Positions 57,417-64,000 of a stretch of DNA of 64,000 nucleotides are shown here, in pieces (position 1 is the stretch's first letter; the number at the start of each line of letters is the position of its first letter). Under the pieces are notes generated by a model. The model was not told the origin of the DNA. It did no database searches and saw only the letters and a list, made by a program, of their open reading frames with translations. Origin of the DNA: Rhodoferax sp. (GTDB lineage Bacteria; Pseudomonadota; Gammaproteobacteria; Burkholderiales; Burkholderiaceae_C); assembly GCF_039922535.1 (NCBI RefSeq), contig NZ_JBDTEM010000147.1:523-64522 (forward strand), in the 5' to 3' direction. The translations under genes and the position numbers were made by a program.

Positions 57417-58055
57417 TTATTTTTTAGCGTTGGCTTGGTTGCGCGCGGCCAGACTGGCGATCAGGCCGTCCACGCCCTTGGCGTTGATCTCGCTGGCGAA
57501 CTGGCTGCGGTAGGTTTCTACCAGCCACACGCCCAGCACGTTCAGGTTGAAGATCTTCCAGCCCGCGCCGTCTCCGGGAGTTTTCTCCAGCCGGTAGTCG
57601 AGCTGAACCGGGTCACCACGGCCTTTGACTTCGGTGCGCACCAATACTTCTTTGTCGTCTGGCGACGCGCGGAAGGGCTTCATGCTGATTTCCTGGTCAC
57701 TGGTGACCTGGGCCAGAGCGCCAGAATAGGTGCGGACCAGCAGGGTCTTGAACTCGTCTTGCAGCTTCTTTTGCTGCTCAGGCGTGGCCTGGCGCCAGCC
57801 GGGGCCGACTGCCGAGGCCGTCATGCGCTGGAAGTTCACGTTCGGCATGATCTTGGTGTCCACCAAAACCATGATCTTGCTGACATTACCCTGCTGCAGG
57901 GTTTTGTCGGCCTTGATGGTGTCCAGCACCTCGGTGGAGATGCGCTTGACCAGCGCGTCGGGCGCTTCGTCGGCAGCCATGGCCCCCATCGACGTGACAG
58001 CCGCCACAGTAAACAGCAAACCGGCGGCCAACTGGCCTAATAAACGACGTTTCAT
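57417..58055 (-). CDS. mlaC: Periplasmic phospholipid-binding protein MlaC/Ttg2D
   Basis: FQRMTASAVG, LLVRTYSGAL and WKIFNLNVLGVWLVETYRSQF. Confidence 0.92.
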   Translation of the reverse strand: MKRRLLGQLAAGLLFTVAAVTSMGAMAADEAPDALVKRISTEVLDTIKADKTLQQGNVSKIMVLVDTKIMPNVNFQRMTASAVGPGWRQATPEQQKKLQDEFKTLLVRTYSGALAQVTSDQEISMKPFRASPDDKEVLVRTEVKGRGDPVQLDYRLEKTPGDGAGWKIFNLNVLGVWLVETYRSQFASEINAKGVDGLIASLAARNQANAKK

Positions 58056-58181
58056 ACACACTTTCTCGGCGGGAATCCCGCATTGCAATAATGGAAATGG
58101 CCACCTACAGGTTGACGCAAAGGCGGCGGTTACAAGCCCGCTTTGCACAGTGCTTACACAGCAGCGTGCGAACCTGGGGGC

Positions 58182-58907
58182 TTATTTGGCTGCATCAGGT
58201 ACGGGCAGATCGGGCGGGTTGCCGTCGTACACCTCGCTGCGGCGCACCTGCAGGTAGAAGTCGCGGGTAAAGCTGTATTTGTCCAATGCGGCCTCGTCCA
58301 GCACCGCGCCTGCGCGCAGCAGATTGGCACGGATGTTGATCAGGTTCAGGCCCGTCAAACGGTCGCGGTCGCCCGAGTGGGGCACGGCGTTGAGCGCGTT
58401 ACCCTGCATGTCGACGGGCAGCGCAGCCGTATCGCGCACGGTCGATGGCCCCAGCAGCGGCAGCACCAGGTACGGCCCCGACGGCACGCCCCACACGCCC
58501 AGCGTCTGGCCGAAATCTTCTTTATGGCGCTCCAGCCCCATATCGGTGGCCAGGTCAAAAACGCCGCCTATGCCAAACACGGTGTTAATACTGAAGCGCA
58601 TCCAGCTTTCCGCCGCCGCCCGGCCCTTGAACTGCAAGGCGTTGTTGGCGGTGCTCCAAACATCCCCCAGGTTGGAGAAGAAATTGGTCACCCCCTGGCG
58701 CACCAGCGACGGCGTGACATAGGTGTAGGCCTTGGCCACGGGCTTGACCACGGCGTTGTCCACCACCTCGTTGAAGCCGAAGATCTGGCGGTTCATGGGC
58801 TCCAGCGGATCACGCGGATTGGCCTGGGGGCCGGTCGCGCAACCAGAAATAAGGACAAAAATGCCTGCAGCGGAGGTAAGGGTTGCGTATCTAGCTATAT
58901 TTTTCAT
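58182..58907 (-). CDS. mlaA: VacJ/MlaA lipoprotein
   Basis: Lipobox ISG-C, DPLEPMNR, EDFGQTLG and GPYLVLPLLGPST. Confidence 0.94.
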   Translation of the reverse strand: MKNIARYATLTSAAGIFVLISGCATGPQANPRDPLEPMNRQIFGFNEVVDNAVVKPVAKAYTYVTPSLVRQGVTNFFSNLGDVWSTANNALQFKGRAAAESWMRFSINTVFGIGGVFDLATDMGLERHKEDFGQTLGVWGVPSGPYLVLPLLGPSTVRDTAALPVDMQGNALNAVPHSGDRDRLTGLNLINIRANLLRAGAVLDEAALDKYSFTRDFYLQVRRSEVYDGNPPDLPVPDAAK

Positions 58908-58910
58908 AGT
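58858..58910 (-). repeat. Repeat copy forming the mlaA start codon and signal-peptide codons
   Basis: ACTATGAAAAATATAGCTAGATACGCAACCCTTACCTCCGCTGCAGGCATTTT is 35/53 identical, ungapped, to the reverse complement of the 39310 copy. Confidence 0.65.
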
Positions 58911-58933
58911 ATTTAATGGAGTGGACTCCACCG

Positions 58934-59425
58934 TCATTTTTTAGCGGGTGCAGCAGCGGAGGCATCTGGGCCATCGGCGGCCTTGCTGTATAAAAACTGG
59001 CTGATCAAATTCTCGAGTACCACCGCCGACTGCGTGGCCGAAATCGTATCGCCCGCCACCAGATTCTTCGCGTCAGCACCGGCTTCGATGCCCACATACT
59101 GCTCACCCAGCAAACCACTGGTCAGAATCTTCAGCGAACTGTCTTTGGGGAAAGCGTAGCGTGGGTCCATGGACAACGCCACCCGGGCCTGGAAGCTTTT
59201 GTCATCAAAAGTGATGTTATCCACACGGCCCACCACCACCCCGGCGCTTTTCACCGCGGCTTTGGGTTTCAGACCACCGATGTTGTCGAACTTGGCGCTG
59301 ACGGTGTAGCCGGTTTGGAAGTTCAGAGACAGTAAGTTAGCCGACTGCAGGGCCAGGAACAGCAGGGCTGCTGCGCCCAGCAGTACAAACAAACCCACCC
59401 AGATATCGTTTTTGGAACGTTGCAT
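58934..59425 (-). CDS. mlaD: MCE-domain protein MlaD
   Basis: FDNIGGLK, AGVVVGRV and TSGLLGEQY. Confidence 0.95.
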   Translation of the reverse strand: MQRSKNDIWVGLFVLLGAAALLFLALQSANLLSLNFQTGYTVSAKFDNIGGLKPKAAVKSAGVVVGRVDNITFDDKSFQARVALSMDPRYAFPKDSSLKILTSGLLGEQYVGIEAGADAKNLVAGDTISATQSAVVLENLISQFLYSKAADGPDASAAAPAKK

Positions 59426-59434
59426 AGAACTGCC

Positions 59435-60217
59435 TTAAATAGAGAACATCGTGGCGGTGAGCAAGAAGTCCAACGCCAGCACCGCCAGCGAAGCCACTAC
59501 CACCGTGCGCGTGGTCGCGCGGGACACACCTTCGGGCGTGGGCTGGGCTTCATAGCCCTGCAGCAGCGCCACAAAGCTGACGGTAATGCCGAACACCACA
59601 CTTTTCACCACGCCGTTGCCCACATCCTTCCAGACATCGACACCACCCTGCATCTGGCTCCAGAACGAGCCAGAGTCGATGCCGATCATCACCACGCCGA
59701 CCACGTAGCCGCCCAGAATGCCCACTGCACTGAACAGTGCCGCCAGCAAAGGTAGCGTAATCACGCCGGCCCAAAAACGCGGGGCCAAAATGCGGCGCAC
59801 CGGATCTACCGCCATGATTTCCATGGCGCTAAGCTGCTCGCCCGCCTTCATCAAACCAATGCCCGCCGTGAGCGAGGTCCCGGCCCGCCCGGCAAACAGC
59901 AACGCGGTGACGACCGGACCCAATTCGCGTACCAGGCTCAAGGCCACCAGCAAACCTAGCGCCTCCGCCGAACCGTAGCGCTGCAGGGTGTAATAGCCTT
60001 GCAGACCCAGCACAAAGCCAACGAACAGGCCCGACACGCTGATCAACGCGAGTGAATAATTGCCCAAAAAGTGGATCTGGTCGCGTACCAAACCAAAACG
60101 GCGCATCGTCGGCCCAAACAACCCTACCAGCCGTACAAACAGCCGCGTGGCAGCACCCACATCGGCCAGCTTGGAGCGCAGCGCAAAACCTACGTCGGAC
60201 GGCTTGTACCAACTCAT
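59435..60217 (-). CDS. mlaE: MlaE permease
   Basis: [21 protein letters not shown] and PEGVSRATT. Confidence 0.95.
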   Translation of the reverse strand: MSWYKPSDVGFALRSKLADVGAATRLFVRLVGLFGPTMRRFGLVRDQIHFLGNYSLALISVSGLFVGFVLGLQGYYTLQRYGSAEALGLLVALSLVRELGPVVTALLFAGRAGTSLTAGIGLMKAGEQLSAMEIMAVDPVRRILAPRFWAGVITLPLLAALFSAVGILGGYVVGVVMIGIDSGSFWSQMQGGVDVWKDVGNGVVKSVVFGITVSFVALLQGYEAQPTPEGVSRATTRTVVVASLAVLALDFLLTATMFSI

Positions 60218-61047
60218 GGCCGACCTCCGGGCACCGGCAGGCCCGCGCCAAAATCCTGCTCCACCGTGGGGCCAGGGTAGTGGAAGCGCACAGGGCCATC
60301 GGGCAGCGCGTGGATGAATTGGTGCACCAGCGGGTCGGTGCTGTTGCGCACTTCGTCTGGCGTGCCTTGGGCGGCGATTTTGCCGTTGGCCAAAATCACC
60401 ACCTTGTCGGCAATATGGAAGGTTTCGTCCAGGTCGTGCGACACGACGATGCTGGTCAGGCCCATGGTGTCGTTCAGTTCGCGGATCAGCCGAGCGGCGG
60501 TGCCCAGTGCGATCGGGTCCAGCCCGGCAAAGGGTTCGTCGTACATCACCAACTCCGGGTCCAGCGCGATGGTGCGGGCCAGGGCTACGCGCCGGGCCAT
60601 GCCGCCCGAGACCTCGCTGGGCATCAGGTCGCGCGCGCCGCGCAGGCCGACCGCACCCAGCTTCATCAGCACGATGTCGCGCACCAGCGCCTCGGACAAA
60701 TCGGTGTGTTCGCGCAGCGGAAACGCCACGTTGTCAAACACCGACATGTCGGTAAACAGAGCCCCAAACTGGAACAGCATGCCCATGCGACGGCGCGCGG
60801 CGTACCAGCCCGCCTGGTCGAACTGGGCTACGTTTTGGCCGTCCAGCAGCAACTCGCCTTTTTGCGGCGTGATCTGCCCGCCAATCAGCCGCAGTACCGT
60901 GGTCTTGCCGCCGCCCGAAGCCCCCATCAATGCCGTGACCTTACCGCGCGGAATGCTCAGCGTGATGCCGTCCAGCACCGGACGCTCTCCGTACCCGAAG
61001 GTGAGCTGGCGGATGTCAACAAGGTTGTCAGAAGCAGAGGAGGTCAT
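60214..61047 (-). CDS. mlaF: MlaF ATP-binding protein
   Basis: [25 protein letters not shown] and [10 protein letters not shown]. Confidence 0.95.
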   Translation of the reverse strand: MTSSASDNLVDIRQLTFGYGERPVLDGITLSIPRGKVTALMGASGGGKTTVLRLIGGQITPQKGELLLDGQNVAQFDQAGWYAARRRMGMLFQFGALFTDMSVFDNVAFPLREHTDLSEALVRDIVLMKLGAVGLRGARDLMPSEVSGGMARRVALARTIALDPELVMYDEPFAGLDPIALGTAARLIRELNDTMGLTSIVVSHDLDETFHIADKVVILANGKIAAQGTPDEVRNSTDPLVHQFIHALPDGPVRFHYPGPTVEQDFGAGLPVPGGRP

Positions 61048-61130
61048 AAAAAAACAAAAGCCGGAACGCTTCCGGCTTTTGCATGATAAAGGATAGTCTC
61101 GCTATTTACCCTTACTGTGTCGCAAAATAC

Positions 61131-61152
61131 AAACATACTTGCATGTATGTTT
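61131..61152. promoter_or_regulatory. 8-bp inverted repeat upstream of mlaF; candidate operator
   Basis: AAACATAC-TTGCAT-GTATGTTT. Confidence 0.45.
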
Positions 61153-61174
61153 AAAAGCACCCACCCAATTTTCA

Positions 61175-61232
61175 TGCTATTTATTTAAGAGCCTCTTATG
61201 CAAGCTCAATATGCGCTAGCGGCCAAAAAAGC
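61175..61232 (-). repeat. Degenerate repeat copy
   Basis: TGCTATTTATTTAAGAGCCTCTTATGCAAGCTCAATATGCGCTAGCGGCCAAAAAAGC. Confidence 0.6.
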
Positions 61233-61311
61233 ATCCAACTTCCACCATGCCACCTCTTCCAGAACAGCGCAGAACTGGCTCCGCCAGGCTGCTGCTGTTG
61301 CTCCCTGCTTG

Positions 61312-61338
61312 TCATATCGGTTTTTCAAACCGATATGA
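61312..61338. terminator. 12-bp perfect hairpin downstream of gltD
   Basis: TCATATCGGTTT-TTC-AAACCGATATGA; no clear U-tract. Confidence 0.45.
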
Positions 61339-61379
61339 GGGGGGTTGGCGAAAGAAGCGAAGCTCTGCAGACTGGGGGT

Positions 61380-62858
<1,479 letters not shown>

Positions 62859-62889
62859 GATTCGTTCCTATTCTTTACTTCGCTTGGCC

Positions 62890-64000
62890 TTACTTGGCAG
62901 GCACGGCTTCATTTTTAATAGCTGCTTGTGCAGATGCTGCCTGCGCTAGAGCCACTTTTCGTGCATGCATTTCGCCCAGGGCACGTTGGTACTCCAGCGG
63001 GAACACCTTGACGAACTTGCCACGGGCTTCGGCCCAGGTGTCGAGCAGGTCACGGGCGCGCTTGCTACCGGTCCAGCGGTTGTGGTCTTCCAGCAGCTTC
63101 TTGAGCTGGGCTTCGTCGGTCTGGCCGTTGTGCCATTGGTCGGCCACGCCCAGGCCTTGTTGCTCGCCCGAGGGCAGCACGCGCTCCAGCGACACCATGG
63201 CCATGTTGCAGCGCTTGGCGAAATGGCCGTCTTCGTCGTACACGTAGGCGATACCGCCGCTCATGCCCGCCGCAAAGTTACGGCCGGTCTTGCCCAAAAT
63301 CAGCGCCGTGCCGCCGGTCATGTACTCGCAACCGTGGTCGCCCGTGCCTTCCACCACCGTGGTGGCACCCGACAGGCGCACTGCAAAGCGCTCGCCGGCC
63401 ACGCCGCTGAAGAAGGATTCGCCGCTGGTCGCGCCGTACATCACCGTGTTGCCGACGATGGTGTTCTGCGTAGCCACGCCACGGAAGTCGATGCTGGGGC
63501 GCACCACGATACGGCCACCGCTCAGGCCCTTGCCGGTGTAGTCGTTGGCATCGCCAATCAGGTACAGCGTGATGCCGTTGGCCAGGAAGGCGCCAAACGA
63601 CTGGCCGCCCGTGCCTTCGAGCTGGATGCGGATGGTGTCGTCCGGCAGGCCTTCGGGGCGCACCTTGGTCAGCGCACCCGAGAGCATGGCCCCCAGCGAA
63701 CGGTTGACGTTGCGCGCCACTTCCATGAACTTAACCTTTTCGCCGCGCAGGATGGCGGGCTGCGATTTCTCGATCAGCACGTTGTCCAGCGATTTTTCCA
63801 GGCCGTGCTCTTGGTTTTGCACGTGGTAGCGCGGCACATCGGCGGGCACATTGGGCTGGGCGAACAGACGGTTGAAGTCCAGGCCGCTGGCCTTCCAGTG
63901 GGCAATGCCCTTGCGGGTGTCCAGCAGGTCGGCACGGCCAATCAGGTCGTCGAACTTGCGGATGCCCAGCTGGGCCATGATCTGGCGCACTTCTTCGGCG
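62890..64000 (-). CDS. gltB: Glutamate synthase large subunit, C-terminal part (runs off the window end)
   Basis: [39 protein letters not shown] and [11 protein letters not shown]. Confidence 0.98.
   Translation of the reverse strand, partial: AEEVRQIMAQLGIRKFDDLIGRADLLDTRKGIAHWKASGLDFNRLFAQPNVPADVPRYHVQNQEHGLEKSLDNVLIEKSQPAILRGEKVKFMEVARNVNRSLGAMLSGALTKVRPEGLPDDTIRIQLEGTGGQSFGAFLANGITLYLIGDANDYTGKGLSGGRIVVRPSIDFRGVATQNTIVGNTVMYGATSGESFFSGVAGERFAVRLSGATTVVEGTGDHGCEYMTGGTALILGKTGRNFAAGMSGGIAYVYDEDGHFAKRCNMAMVSLERVLPSGEQQGLGVADQWHNGQTDEAQLKKLLEDHNRWTGSKRARDLLDTWAEARGKFVKVFPLEYQRALGEMHARKVALAQAASAQAAIKNEAVPAK
62906..62959 (-). repeat. Repeat copy encoding the GltB C-terminal tail
   Basis: AAAAGTGGCTCTAGCGCAGGCAGCATCTGCACAAGCAGCTATTAAAAATGAAGC is 38/54 identical, ungapped, to 39310-39363 and encodes [18 protein letters not shown]. 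Confidence 0.75.

Overview
GC-rich betaproteobacterial chromosome segment. Gene content and order (mlaFEDACB-yadGH-bolA-murA-hisG-hisD, gltBD, argH/algZR, recJ) suggest Comamonadaceae, Rhodoferax-like. I see no tRNA, rRNA, CRISPR array, transposase or integrase. Main observations: (1) a sigma54-type promoter followed by a xanthine (NMT1-motif) riboswitch heads a purine-derivative uptake/Rieske oxygenase/deaminase operon (1243-6699); (2) a 17.6-kb fde-like flavonoid A-ring catabolic block has a NodD-like LysR, a 49-bp nod-box-like site, an outer-membrane uptake module and extra enzymes, and lies between an intact flavohaemoglobin gene and a decayed copy of its 3' end; (3) a ~55-65-bp bipartite palindromic repeat occurs about 13 times, both between genes and overlapping start codons, an RBS, C-termini and the middle of recJ; (4) an SRAP protein has Thr in place of the catalytic Cys2. 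There are also an orphan GT4/beta-helix/AsnB-like trio, an aminotransferase remnant, and NYN and J-domain genes. Family assignments come from motif recognition only; no database searches were run.
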